From: a virus | Taxonomy: Duplodnaviria; Heunggongvirae; Uroviricota; Caudoviricetes | Length of the DNA: 64,000 bases | IMG/VR virus record: IMGVR_UViG_3300021431_000002 | Direction: 5' to 3' (one strand) | Part shown: piece by piece, positions 19,752 through 29,332 of the stretch | Position numbering within the stretch: the stretch's first letter is position 1 | Layout: every line of letters begins with the position of its first letter | Translations under genes and position numbers: made by a program | The notes under the pieces: generated by a model | What the model saw: only the letters and a program-made list of their open reading frames with translations | Database searches by the model: none | Told to the model about the DNA's origin: nothing

Positions 19752-20075
19752 ATGAAAAAACCTAAAGGATATTGGAAAAACAAGGAAAATATGATGCAAG
19801 AAGCGAAAAAATACTCAACAAAAGAGGAATTTAAAAAAGGAAACTTAACCGCTTTCCTTGCAGCATATAGATATGGCTACATTGATGAAATGGATTGGTT
19901 AGTTAAACAGAAACAGCACAAAAAAAAATATTGGACTTATGAAAATATAGAGAAAGAAGCAATAAAATATAATACTAAGACAGAATTTTTCAAAAATAAC
20001 CAGACTGCATATAAAGCAGCATTAAAATTGGGTATAATAGATGATTTCTTCTTGAATAACTATATAGAATACTAA
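19752..20075 (+). CDS. Small protein of homing-endonuclease-type DNA-binding repeats (no nuclease domain)
   Basis: Two repeats YW..E....EAxKYxTKxEF.KxNxTAxxAA.xxG.ID; likely ATG 19752. Confidence 0.55.
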   Translation: MKKPKGYWKNKENMMQEAKKYSTKEEFKKGNLTAFLAAYRYGYIDEMDWLVKQKQHKKKYWTYENIEKEAIKYNTKTEFFKNNQTAYKAALKLGIIDDFFLNNYIEY

Positions 20076-20077
20076 AA

Positions 20078-20110
20078 AAAAAGGAGTGTTATCCGTTAAC
20101 ACTCCTTTTT
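20078..20110. terminator. Bidirectional terminator
   Basis: aaaaggagtgtta...taacactcctttt. Confidence 0.7.
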
Positions 20111-20799
20111 CTATCGTTAATGTTGCCAACTCTTTTCATCTGGCACTCATATATATTGCCTTTTGAGTCTAAAAACTTAAATGTTTTTCCTAAACTAATG
20201 GTATTTACCTCATTAGTTTCTTTGTTTTCATTAATAATCTTTTTATTAAGCGATACCGCATATTTCCTTACTATCTCCTCAACGATTGTCCTAATCATCG
20301 GGTAATCGACTTGCGCTGACACTTGCATTTGTGGGGCATATTGCTGCTGTTGGTATCCAAGACCTTCATTAACAATTTGCCTTACATCTTGTGCTTGAGC
20401 ATTCACACGCTGTCTTCTAGGTGGCTCTTGTACTTGTTCTTCTTGCATTCCTTCCGTCAAGAAAGACAAATCATCATTTCCTCCACCGCCAAATGCTGAA
20501 TATAATGAAGAGTCGTTAATTGTCACATTGGCGAATGATTCCCTTATTGCCGCTGGAACATTCATTGCATTTTCACCCATTTGTCCTCCAATCATAGGTG
20601 CTTCTGTCCTTCTGTTTCTAGGGGTTGTCATTAACTGTTCAGTCATAACTTCTCCATCCAACGATGTGTTTATACCATCCCTAGCCCCTTTAGCAATTTT
20701 ATCCAAAGTACCATTCGATTCTAATTGAATGAGTTTTTTCGCCCTAGACATCGCATTTTGTAACTTTGCTTGCTTATCTGCTGGATTTGCGTTTGCCAT
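20089..20799 (-). CDS. Hypothetical protein
   Basis: 236 aa ORF in a coupled minus-strand operon. Confidence 0.7.
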   Translation of the reverse strand: MANANPADKQAKLQNAMSRAKKLIQLESNGTLDKIAKGARDGINTSLDGEVMTEQLMTTPRNRRTEAPMIGGQMGENAMNVPAAIRESFANVTINDSSLYSAFGGGGNDDLSFLTEGMQEEQVQEPPRRQRVNAQAQDVRQIVNEGLGYQQQQYAPQMQVSAQVDYPMIRTIVEEIVRKYAVSLNKKIINENKETNEVNTISLGKTFKFLDSKGNIYECQMKRVGNINDRKRSVNG

Positions 20800-21572
20800 T
20801 ATCTTCTATTTTTGTTTTTTATAAAATTATTTTCATTGAAATCAACATCATTGACATCATAGAAATTTTCATCATAACTATTGTCAATTGGACCACTATC
20901 CGAATCTTGTGGCTTTGGTGCTTGGTTCTGCATGTTGGCTTGCTGTGAAGCCTTTTCATACTCATCCCAATAGTTTGCATCCTTTTCGCTAGCTTTCTCA
21001 ACATTTCTAGCAAACTGTGCATATTTCTTACTGTTGGGCTGTGATGTGAACACACTTTTTTTCCACTGCTGGTTAGCAGATATTGGTCCTTGAGCATTTT
21101 TGGTCGAAACTTTTGGCGCATTCGCTATGCTTTGTCTTTCGGCTCTCGCTCTTTCTAATGGGTCATTCATATCGCCAAACTTGGCATTATCAACAAAAGT
21201 CTGCATTGTCCTATCACCAGTCTTGTTATACTCGCCATATGAGTCATCTGGAGTATTGAAAAATCTCTTGTTCCTCATTGGTCTCCAAGATGTAACCCTA
21301 TCTAGTCTGAAAAATTTCCATTTAGGTGCTCCTCTTCTTGAGTTTCCGCTAACTTGAAATGCTCTAACCACTGGGTGTCCTTTCTTCGTTGTGCCTAATG
21401 CCATTGGCTGTATTACACGACTTCCTTTGGGATTCCCGCCATTATCTTCCATACCATCGTCATAGTTAATGCGCACATAGTATTTCCCTCTAATAGCATC
21501 TAGAACCTCATCGCTTGATACATCTTCCTTTAAAAGATTCTTAACAATGTCGTATAACGTAAGATTAATCAT
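20799..21572 (-). CDS. WYL-like domain protein
   Basis: VRINYD...RVIQPMALG...VVRAFQ...WKFFRLDRVTS matches the WYL (SH3-like) pattern. Confidence 0.6.
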   Translation of the reverse strand: MINLTLYDIVKNLLKEDVSSDEVLDAIRGKYYVRINYDDGMEDNGGNPKGSRVIQPMALGTTKKGHPVVRAFQVSGNSRRGAPKWKFFRLDRVTSWRPMRNKRFFNTPDDSYGEYNKTGDRTMQTFVDNAKFGDMNDPLERARAERQSIANAPKVSTKNAQGPISANQQWKKSVFTSQPNSKKYAQFARNVEKASEKDANYWDEYEKASQQANMQNQAPKPQDSDSGPIDNSYDENFYDVNDVDFNENNFIKNKNRR

Positions 21573-21905
21573 TTATTCCTTCTCATTATATGGATTGAAC
21601 TTCACTTCCATATTCATACTGTTGATTTGGCTATCAGACGTTGCTTTAGCACCCTTGTATAAGTTCTGTAACTGCTCTCTATACGTATTATCCACAATTA
21701 AGTTCTTCAGTGCCTCAAGTTTTCTTTGCATACGCTTATCAGAGAAAAAGTCATTGGTTTCCTTTATGGCTTGCCTTTGTTCTTCCTCGTTAAGTTCTTT
21801 CTTCACTTTTTTACCACCAAGCGTATCAACTCTTTTATCAACCAACTCCATGCCAATCAATATGTTTTTGGCTAGGTCATTCAATCTTTTATTTCCGTAA
21901 ACCAT
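21573..21905 (-). CDS. Hypothetical protein
   Basis: 110 aa ORF in operon. Confidence 0.65.
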   Translation of the reverse strand: MVYGNKRLNDLAKNILIGMELVDKRVDTLGGKKVKKELNEEEQRQAIKETNDFFSDKRMQRKLEALKNLIVDNTYREQLQNLYKGAKATSDSQINSMNMEVKFNPYNEKE

Positions 21906-21933
21906 ATAATTTATTATTTAAGCCAATTATTGT

Positions 21934-22362
21934 TTATCCACAATTAGAAACTGGACTTCCAATCTGCTGACCAACAAAATACTGTCCATCGTTTATGTTA
22001 GCAGTGGTATCCACAAGTTTTGCCCCGTAAGGCACTTCCTTATTATACATTGAAATCGCCATTGCCCTTTCACGACCGCTTATTCCGTTTCTACCTTTAA
22101 TATCATAGCATCCTCCCCCATTTTCTGTATCAAAATTACTATAATTAATCTGGGTTGTTGGTAACTGGCAGTTTGGTAAAAAATGCGTATGACCTCCATG
22201 TCCTGTGCCTTTACCTTGGGCATCTCCATCGCTCAATGCATCTTTATGGGTTGCTCCATATTGATTTGTAATGTTGTAATCACTACGAGTTATTTCATTA
22301 TGGCGTTCTTCATAGCCCCTAGTTTCCAAACATGTTCTTCCGTTTTGTACTGTTGTTGCCAT
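21934..22362 (-). CDS. Hypothetical (putative virion) protein
   Basis: 142 aa, G-rich, preceded by the TATTTATA motif. Confidence 0.7.
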   Translation of the reverse strand: MATTVQNGRTCLETRGYEERHNEITRSDYNITNQYGATHKDALSDGDAQGKGTGHGGHTHFLPNCQLPTTQINYSNFDTENGGGCYDIKGRNGISGRERAMAISMYNKEVPYGAKLVDTTANINDGQYFVGQQIGSPVSNCG

Positions 22363-22418
22363 ATTCTCTATAAATTTTAAATATTTTATTTTTTATATAA
22401 ATAGTATTTATATACTTT

Positions 22419-22835
22419 TTATATCTTTTCTTTTGACTGCTGCCTTTCTTCTAGAATTTTACTATAATTATCGTATTTTTCTTTAGCTTTATCTCTTTTT
22501 TTCTCTATTTTTTTAATTTCCTTTTCTGAAAGTTCTTTTTGTTTTTGAACCTTTGCTTCTTCTTGTTCTCTTAATCTATCTTCATAAGACGAAACCTTAA
22601 ACTCTGTCTGTATGAGGTATTCAGCATCTACAAGAGTCTTTGTGTATTGCAAATCTCTTTTCCATTCATTTCTGAACAAATGTTCTGTCCTAGCCTCAAT
22701 TCCAAAACGCTCAAGGCAAGTTTGTCCAGTATATACACGATTTGGGTCAACTGATGGTGCTGTTTTTTTCGTTCCAAAAACAGCCTCTATTGCATCGCCA
22801 ACTTTATTTAATGTATTATTTAACGTATTTGCCAT
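22419..22835 (-). CDS. Hypothetical protein, partial paralog of 21934..22362
   Basis: GQTCLERFGIEARTEHLFRNEW vs GRTCLETRGYEERHNEITRSDY. Confidence 0.65.
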   Translation of the reverse strand: MANTLNNTLNKVGDAIEAVFGTKKTAPSVDPNRVYTGQTCLERFGIEARTEHLFRNEWKRDLQYTKTLVDAEYLIQTEFKVSSYEDRLREQEEAKVQKQKELSEKEIKKIEKKRDKAKEKYDNYSKILEERQQSKEKI

Positions 22836-24264
22836 TTCTAATCATTTGTTTTTCAGTTATATATATTTTTCTAGGATTTCTTTTCTTATGTTCTGCTATT
22901 CTGTTCAAAGCACTACTTCCTCTAGTAACAAATATAGAAGCCATATCGCCTCTTTGATGATAGACATCAAGTGCCTTATTTACAATTACTAATACTTTTT
23001 CTGGGGGTAAATTTTCATCATACTCTGAAAGTATTTTTTCTAATGGTTCTATACCAAAATCAGAAAAAGCGTCACTTCCATCTGGCATTTGCATCCATTC
23101 AAAAAATCCAATTAAATCCAAAAAAGCTGAACAACCTACCACCCAATATAATTTGTTAGTGCTATTGTCTACCTCTATTTCACCACCATATTTATGATTT
23201 TCATTGAAATCCGCTATATATTCTCCAATATCGCCATACTTTTGAGCGAATTTAGCTTTCTCCATTTCCAAATCTTGCCTAGCAGCCATCCTATCTGCAT
23301 CACTTTGACTAATCCAAGGAAAATATGTTTGTCCATACTTGTCAACCGCCTCGTTTAACGTAGAAAAATCTTCTTGGCAAAGTTTTACAACATCTTCTGG
23401 AGATAACTCTATTTTAACATCATCCCCATTAATTTCTATCTCCCTATTATTTTTGAAATAAGAATTAATGAAATCCTCAAACTCCTCGTAAGGAAACCAT
23501 TGGCTATGTCCTGCTATATCTGTATTTGCTTTTAGTATTGCAGTATTTTTCATTATAATTCCTACCCATTGATAAACATATCTAGGTGGAAATTTAACCA
23601 ATCTGCCATATTGTGTAAACTCTCTCAATGCTTTTGCATACATATTTGGGTTAATTAGCACCCCCCAGCTCTGTTTTCCATTAGGGTTTGATAAAAACTC
23701 GTCAAATACATAATTTGCGTCATAATCATTTAAATATTCAAAAAATGGATGTTCCTCATCAAATGATTCTCTAATTATCCTATTTTCAGCAGTAACAGTA
23801 TATGTAATTTTACCACTTGGAGTCTTAACGGTTTCTTGTTTTATCTCGCTAGGCTTTAGACTAACGTTTGACGTTGGCTTTGGCGGTTTAACTGCCTCCA
23901 CCTCTTTAGTACCTCTTGCACGTTCAATGCCCTTTCTGTATAAGTTAGCAGCCAATTCCCCACCGTTTAATTGATACTGAATGCTGTTTTTAGGTAATTT
24001 ATTCATTCTGTGCAATCTGACTTTTGCATCATTGACATTAACAGAATCTTGTTTAATCTCTTTGCCGTTTGAATTAGCATTAGAACCTTTTTTGTTGTAT
24101 TTTTTATCACTACCCAAAGACTTCAGAATTTTACTTCCAGGAATATTCTTATCCAAGTATGGTTCATATATCTTTTTCATTGCTTTGAACACATTCTTGG
24201 CATTCTGCGGAATTGGTATTTGTTTTTTTGTTACTTTTGCTGAGTCTTCAAATATTATAGCCAT
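22816..24264 (-). CDS. Hypothetical protein (basic N-terminus, acidic C-terminus)
   Basis: 482 aa ORF; RIIRES and KIYITEKQM motifs. Confidence 0.7.
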   Translation of the reverse strand: MAIIFEDSAKVTKKQIPIPQNAKNVFKAMKKIYEPYLDKNIPGSKILKSLGSDKKYNKKGSNANSNGKEIKQDSVNVNDAKVRLHRMNKLPKNSIQYQLNGGELAANLYRKGIERARGTKEVEAVKPPKPTSNVSLKPSEIKQETVKTPSGKITYTVTAENRIIRESFDEEHPFFEYLNDYDANYVFDEFLSNPNGKQSWGVLINPNMYAKALREFTQYGRLVKFPPRYVYQWVGIIMKNTAILKANTDIAGHSQWFPYEEFEDFINSYFKNNREIEINGDDVKIELSPEDVVKLCQEDFSTLNEAVDKYGQTYFPWISQSDADRMAARQDLEMEKAKFAQKYGDIGEYIADFNENHKYGGEIEVDNSTNKLYWVVGCSAFLDLIGFFEWMQMPDGSDAFSDFGIEPLEKILSEYDENLPPEKVLVIVNKALDVYHQRGDMASIFVTRGSSALNRIAEHKKRNPRKIYITEKQMIRNGKYVK

Positions 24265-24269
24265 TTCAA

Positions 24270-24518
24270 TTAAATTGTATTAGATGATTTCCTACCGCCA
24301 ACACTTCCCCATTGTTGAGGAGTTTGCTGGCTAGCAAATTTATCTGTTGTTATAGGGTTTGAATTAATTTCATCCCCATCTTGGTCAATGATTTTCGATT
24401 GGTTTGTTACTTTAGACAAATCTTGGTATTCTGGAACTGAACTCTTCCCGAAATCTCCGTCTGTAACTCCTTCAAATATCCTACCAAACTGTGATTCATT
24501 CAAATTTATTATTTTCAT
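24270..24518 (-). CDS. Small protein with N-terminal KIINLNESQF motif
   Basis: 82 aa; preceded by the TATTTATA motif. Confidence 0.6.
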   Translation of the reverse strand: MKIINLNESQFGRIFEGVTDGDFGKSSVPEYQDLSKVTNQSKIIDQDGDEINSNPITTDKFASQQTPQQWGSVGGRKSSNTI

Positions 24519-24537
24519 ACATTAATATTTAATTATT

Positions 24538-24551
24538 TATAAATATTTATA
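24538..24551. promoter_or_regulatory. Overlapping bidirectional TATTTATA (putative late promoter) palindrome
   Basis: TATAAATATTTATA lies between the divergent genes at 24518(-) and 24575(+). Confidence 0.55.
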
Positions 24552-24574
24552 AGATAGTAAAATAATGCATTACT

Positions 24575-26536
24575 ATGGCAAATTTAAAGGTAAATAATTA
24601 TCATAATCTAAAACTAAGAATTAACAAAGATGAATATTGGGATTTCTTTGTTAATAAAGATACCTATGGGCATTTTAAAAACAATTCTGATGACTGCATT
24701 ATTTCTTACATTAACTTGGCTGATGCTGACTGCGATAGTGGATGGCTTCAAAGCAATAGCAAATATACTTGGGAAGATGCAATATCCGTTGGGTATACAT
24801 TATATAACATTACATACACTGGAGTAGACAATGGTCTTTTCACATTTAGAAAAGATAGAATCACTAACAAAGACTTTCTAGATATATTTCAAACAAATAA
24901 ACTGAAAATCGAAGAAAACGATACAAGCCTTAAATTACATGCCGTAAGCGGAAGCACGCTTCAATATGACTATCCTTTGCATTGCAACGATGAATATGTA
25001 ACATTTAATGGCGGTTTCTATCAAGGTTTCTTCAAAACAGAATGTGATAAATATCAAGTATTACCAACACATTTTGACGATGGCGAAACTTATAACATTG
25101 AATTCACATTGAAAAAATGTGATATAGAACCAGAATCAAATAAAACATTAAATGATAAATATCCAGACAACAAAGGTATATTCTTCTATATTGGAACTAG
25201 GTCAGAGAACAAATGGATATATCTTTATGATAAAGATGATATTGACGGGTTAGAAGATTGCTACCAGTTAGGAATGGATGATTTCGTAGAAGGTGGTGAA
25301 ATTGATAAAAAAGACCACATTATTGGTAACTTTTATGATTTAGACCCAGAATTTTATGAAGACCCTCCATTAGATATTGACGATTACACAAATTTCAACT
25401 ATTATGACGAAGACTTATATGCCAAAGATTATTGTGATTGGAATGAAATGTTTGATTATGTTGAAGTGCAACCAGTAGAAAAACCAAAAATAATTGATGA
25501 AAACGAAAATCACATCAATATGTCTTCTTGGTGCTGCAATATCCCTAAAGAAGAAAAATATGTTTTAAAACCATTTTTTGTTGGGTGTGGATGCCCTATT
25601 AGATATAAAAAAGAAAAAATCGAAACCCAAGAAAAAGACGATGAAATTTTAAGCGGAGGTTTGGCATTCGGTGAAGATGACTATATTGGTGGATGGGATG
25701 GTTTAGGAGATTTAGAGGATTGTCTATATTACGTTGAACCAGAACTTGATATTACAGATTTCCAATATTACACAGATAATGGCTTTAACTTAGCAGAAGC
25801 AAATTGGTATTATTTTTACACTGATAACAAATACTTAATGTTTGATAGAACTAAATCAGGTAAAACAATTAGAAACTGGGTTGAAGGAACACAATACATG
25901 TACTACGGTAGAAAAAACAATTTCAAAGGAAATTTATTCATTTTAATGAATCGTACTAAAACTGGATACACTGTAAGCACAATTGACACATTGAGGGATA
26001 AAGACGCTAACTATTACAATCCATACAAAGACTTATACAACAACGCTTTAGCCTTTAGAATCACGGATAAAGGGGAAATTGGCTACAGACTTCTTACACT
26101 TGACTGTGAAAAAGAAGGAAGAGACAAAACATCTATAGTAGAAGGCTATTCATCAGAAAACGTAATACCAGAATGCGAATGGGTCACTATCAATATTAGA
26201 ATAACATTTATAGGTGGTGACAAAATGAAATTTATGTTCTACATCAACGGAAAACTTAAATACATATCAAAAGAATTACCTAGAATAGAGCTTAGAGAAC
26301 TGAATGATTTATACGAAAAACAAGAAGGTGTTCCATATAACATTTCAATAGGTGGTGGAACTCAAGGATTGGCAGAAACAATACAATATAACTATATGCT
26401 AAATCCAACAAGGATATATCCAATTGAAAAATATTTCGCTGGGTCATTTATCGGGCATATTAAATCTTTCAAAATATATAATTGTCTTATGGAACAAATG
26501 ATAATTGAAAATAATCACAAAAAGGCATTATTGTAA
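24575..26536 (+). CDS. Putative structural protein with LamG/concanavalin-like elements
   Basis: 653 aa; WVTINIRI..MFYINGKL..ISIGGG..FIGHIKSFKIY pattern. Confidence 0.6.
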   Translation: MANLKVNNYHNLKLRINKDEYWDFFVNKDTYGHFKNNSDDCIISYINLADADCDSGWLQSNSKYTWEDAISVGYTLYNITYTGVDNGLFTFRKDRITNKDFLDIFQTNKLKIEENDTSLKLHAVSGSTLQYDYPLHCNDEYVTFNGGFYQGFFKTECDKYQVLPTHFDDGETYNIEFTLKKCDIEPESNKTLNDKYPDNKGIFFYIGTRSENKWIYLYDKDDIDGLEDCYQLGMDDFVEGGEIDKKDHIIGNFYDLDPEFYEDPPLDIDDYTNFNYYDEDLYAKDYCDWNEMFDYVEVQPVEKPKIIDENENHINMSSWCCNIPKEEKYVLKPFFVGCGCPIRYKKEKIETQEKDDEILSGGLAFGEDDYIGGWDGLGDLEDCLYYVEPELDITDFQYYTDNGFNLAEANWYYFYTDNKYLMFDRTKSGKTIRNWVEGTQYMYYGRKNNFKGNLFILMNRTKTGYTVSTIDTLRDKDANYYNPYKDLYNNALAFRITDKGEIGYRLLTLDCEKEGRDKTSIVEGYSSENVIPECEWVTINIRITFIGGDKMKFMFYINGKLKYISKELPRIELRELNDLYEKQEGVPYNISIGGGTQGLAETIQYNYMLNPTRIYPIEKYFAGSFIGHIKSFKIYNCLMEQMIIENNHKKALL

Positions 26537-26598
26537 TGCCTTTTTTATTTTTATCTATTGATAATATTGCTTCTTAACTTTATTTTTTAATAAAAAAT

Positions 26599-27813
26599 AT
26601 GGATAAAAAAATTAAGATGCTAGTAATACCTAGTGATAGAAGCGGTTGTGGTAAGTTTCGTTCAGTTGACCCACATGTATACATTGCAGAACATTATGGT
26701 GATGAATTTGACGTTGACATTGTGTATAATATGCCAAATGGAGACCTAGAAACATTTTTGAAGCAATACGATTTAATACATATTCATAAGCAATTGGACA
26801 AACAATGCAAGATTATTGACATGATTAAATTCCTAGGAATTCCAGTGATTATTGACGTAGATGACCATTATAAACTAGGTAATGACCACCCTATGTCAAT
26901 TACTGCTAGGAAAGAAAGATGGCATGAGCCAATTATAAATCACCTTAAAAAGGCTGACTATGTAACAACCACAACCCCTATTTTTGCTAATATTCTAAAA
27001 CAGCATAACAAAAATGTCAAAGTGTTTCCAAATGCAATAAATCCTGAAGAAAAACAGTATTCTGTCCCTAAGAACCCAAGAACGGACAAATTAAGAGTAG
27101 GGATAATTTGTGGCTCTTCACATTTAAAAGATTTGGAGCTATTAAATGGTATAACCAAACAAGTGGACAAAGATAAAGTGCAATTTGTTCTATGTGGATT
27201 TGATACGAGAGGAACTAGAACTATCTACAAAGAGAACGGAGAGGCAGAGACTAAACCTATTCTTCCACAAGAAAGTGTATGGTGTGACTATGAAAAAATT
27301 TTTACAGATAATTATAAAACAATTTCTCCAGAGCACAAAGAGTTCTTAATGAAATATGCTGCTGGTGTTGATGACCCATTCACTAACGAACCATATAGAA
27401 GAATGTGGACTAGACATATCAGTAATTATGCAACACATTATCAGAATGTAGATGTCCTTATTGCTCCATTGAAAGAAAACGAGTTTAATATGGTTAAATC
27501 TGAACTTAAGGAAATAGAGTGTGGCTTTACCCATACGGCATTCATTGGTCAGAATTTTGGCGCTTATACAATAAACCTAGTTCCAATGATTGAAAAGGGA
27601 GGTAAAATTAATGAGGAAGGTACTGCGCTACTTGTAGACTCATCTAAAAACCATAAACAATGGGCTAAATACATCAACAAATTAGCAAACGATGCAGATA
27701 TGCTAAAGAGGCTTCAAGATAATCTATATAATTTTGTAAAAGATAGATATTCTCTCGCTGAAATATGCAAACAGAGAGTAGAATTCTATAAGAGTATTGT
27801 AAATAAAAATTAA
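26599..27813 (+). CDS. Glycosyltransferase, GT-B (GT4-like)
   Basis: SGCGKFR, IIDVDDHY, ADYVTTTT, FPNAIN, GSSHLKDL, DVLIAPL..NEFN..KSELKEIE. Confidence 0.8.
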   Translation: MDKKIKMLVIPSDRSGCGKFRSVDPHVYIAEHYGDEFDVDIVYNMPNGDLETFLKQYDLIHIHKQLDKQCKIIDMIKFLGIPVIIDVDDHYKLGNDHPMSITARKERWHEPIINHLKKADYVTTTTPIFANILKQHNKNVKVFPNAINPEEKQYSVPKNPRTDKLRVGIICGSSHLKDLELLNGITKQVDKDKVQFVLCGFDTRGTRTIYKENGEAETKPILPQESVWCDYEKIFTDNYKTISPEHKEFLMKYAAGVDDPFTNEPYRRMWTRHISNYATHYQNVDVLIAPLKENEFNMVKSELKEIECGFTHTAFIGQNFGAYTINLVPMIEKGGKINEEGTALLVDSSKNHKQWAKYINKLANDADMLKRLQDNLYNFVKDRYSLAEICKQRVEFYKSIVNKN

Positions 27814-27815
27814 TG

Positions 27816-27853
27816 AAAAATGGAGGTAGAAACACATCTATCCTCCATTTTTA
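27816..27853. terminator. Bidirectional terminator
   Basis: aaaaatggaggtaga...tctatcctccattttt. Confidence 0.65.
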
Positions 27854-27855
27854 TT

Positions 27856-29022
27856 TTACTCTGCCTCTAACGGTGAAAACTTCCCTAGATTCATATCTGG
27901 TGTTATCTCAACCGTATCATTGTCAGAACCTCTAAATTCATTGTTCATTAACTCATCAATGACCTCTCTGATGATTGATTTTGCCGTTTTTCTGCTCTCT
28001 TCCATTCTGTAATTGTTTGGATTGTTCATTATTTTCTTTATTGTATCATCACTCATTTTAGGGAATCTTTCTCTCAATGCCTTAAATAATGAATTATATA
28101 CGCTTCCATCATGTTCAAAAGACCCTGTACTAGTTTTTATTGAGAATATCCTCCTAGGCTCTTTCTGTTGGGGCTGAACTTGCTGCTGTGGTTGAGACTG
28201 TTGTCTTCTAACGCCAAGCATTTCACCACTTGCCTCTAGTAACATGTTTTTAAGTTCATTAATCCAAGGTTTATCTTCAAGACTCCAATACCTCCAAGTA
28301 CGCATATTTTTTCTATAGCCTTTACTGAAAAGATAGTCTATTATATTTGCATCATTTGTTGAAACCACCTTTTCATTTCTTCCGTCCTCCTCAGTTTTAG
28401 TGATAAGATTAACTAGATTCTTGTTAGATGTCATTGTAAGTTTAACTTTTCCTCCTTGAGTAAATACAATAACGGCAGTTACGGATGCTTTCTTATTTGC
28501 AAGCCTATTTGCACGTTTAGCCTTCATTTCATCATTCAACTCAAGCTCGCTCATTTCTTCTGCTGTTGCTAGCCTTTGTATCGTGAATAAACCGTTAGAG
28601 CGACTAGAGACAATCGAACCGATTTCTTTAAACTCTATGCCGTGACCTTGTTTTGGGCAATAGCCATTCATATATGTGTAATAATGGCACATTTCATGTA
28701 CCAATGTGGCAAGAAAACCGTGTTCAGTTCCGCTATAATTACCGTTTAGTTCTATTGTTGGCCAACATAGATTAACAAAATTATGCTTGTCTATGTACTC
28801 CTTATCCCAACCAATTTTCTTAAACATCCTCCTACTATATCTGTCAACTCTAATGCCTCTAGCACCGATTTTAAACCACCCAAGAGTACCGCCTTGAGAG
28901 CCACGACCAGTAGTGAAAATATTAAAGTTACAATCACCCAATACACCATTGAATAGCTGCTCGTTCATTTCTTGGTATTTTTGTGCCATCCATTCAACAG
29001 TTGGCTTAAATGTCTTGTCCAT
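27856..29022 (-). CDS. SprT-like zinc metalloprotease domain protein
   Basis: NEQLFNG...TLVHEMCH...HGIEF (HExxH...H). Confidence 0.8.
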   Translation of the reverse strand: MDKTFKPTVEWMAQKYQEMNEQLFNGVLGDCNFNIFTTGRGSQGGTLGWFKIGARGIRVDRYSRRMFKKIGWDKEYIDKHNFVNLCWPTIELNGNYSGTEHGFLATLVHEMCHYYTYMNGYCPKQGHGIEFKEIGSIVSSRSNGLFTIQRLATAEEMSELELNDEMKAKRANRLANKKASVTAVIVFTQGGKVKLTMTSNKNLVNLITKTEEDGRNEKVVSTNDANIIDYLFSKGYRKNMRTWRYWSLEDKPWINELKNMLLEASGEMLGVRRQQSQPQQQVQPQQKEPRRIFSIKTSTGSFEHDGSVYNSLFKALRERFPKMSDDTIKKIMNNPNNYRMEESRKTAKSIIREVIDELMNNEFRGSDNDTVEITPDMNLGKFSPLEAE

Positions 29023-29080
29023 TTCTTTTAACTTTTTATATATAAATATAAAAAGGGTAGGAAATGTCCCACCCTTTATA

Positions 29081-29332
29081 TTACACTAGCCCCATTTCTT
29101 CAGCAATGTCATCGCCATTAAGCCCTTGGCTCATACTAGTATATTTTCCTATATCAGAAGATGAACTTGAAGAATTCCCTTCCATTGCAGCATTTCTTTG
29201 CTCCATATACTCGTTATACTTATGTATATAGTATTTCCTATCTCGTATTGGCATTTTATCAAGCGCATCAAATGGAATTTTCATATAGGTATGACAAGCA
29301 AAAAGTTCATCCTTAAGATTTTGCTCATACAT
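29081..29332 (-). CDS. T4 gp51-like baseplate hub assembly / tail chaperone small subunit
   Basis: KIPFDALDKMPIRDRKYY motif directly after a gp26-like gene; ATG 29332 lies just before the upstream TGA. Confidence 0.5.
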   Translation of the reverse strand: MYEQNLKDELFACHTYMKIPFDALDKMPIRDRKYYIHKYNEYMEQRNAAMEGNSSSSSSDIGKYTSMSQGLNGDDIAEEMGLV

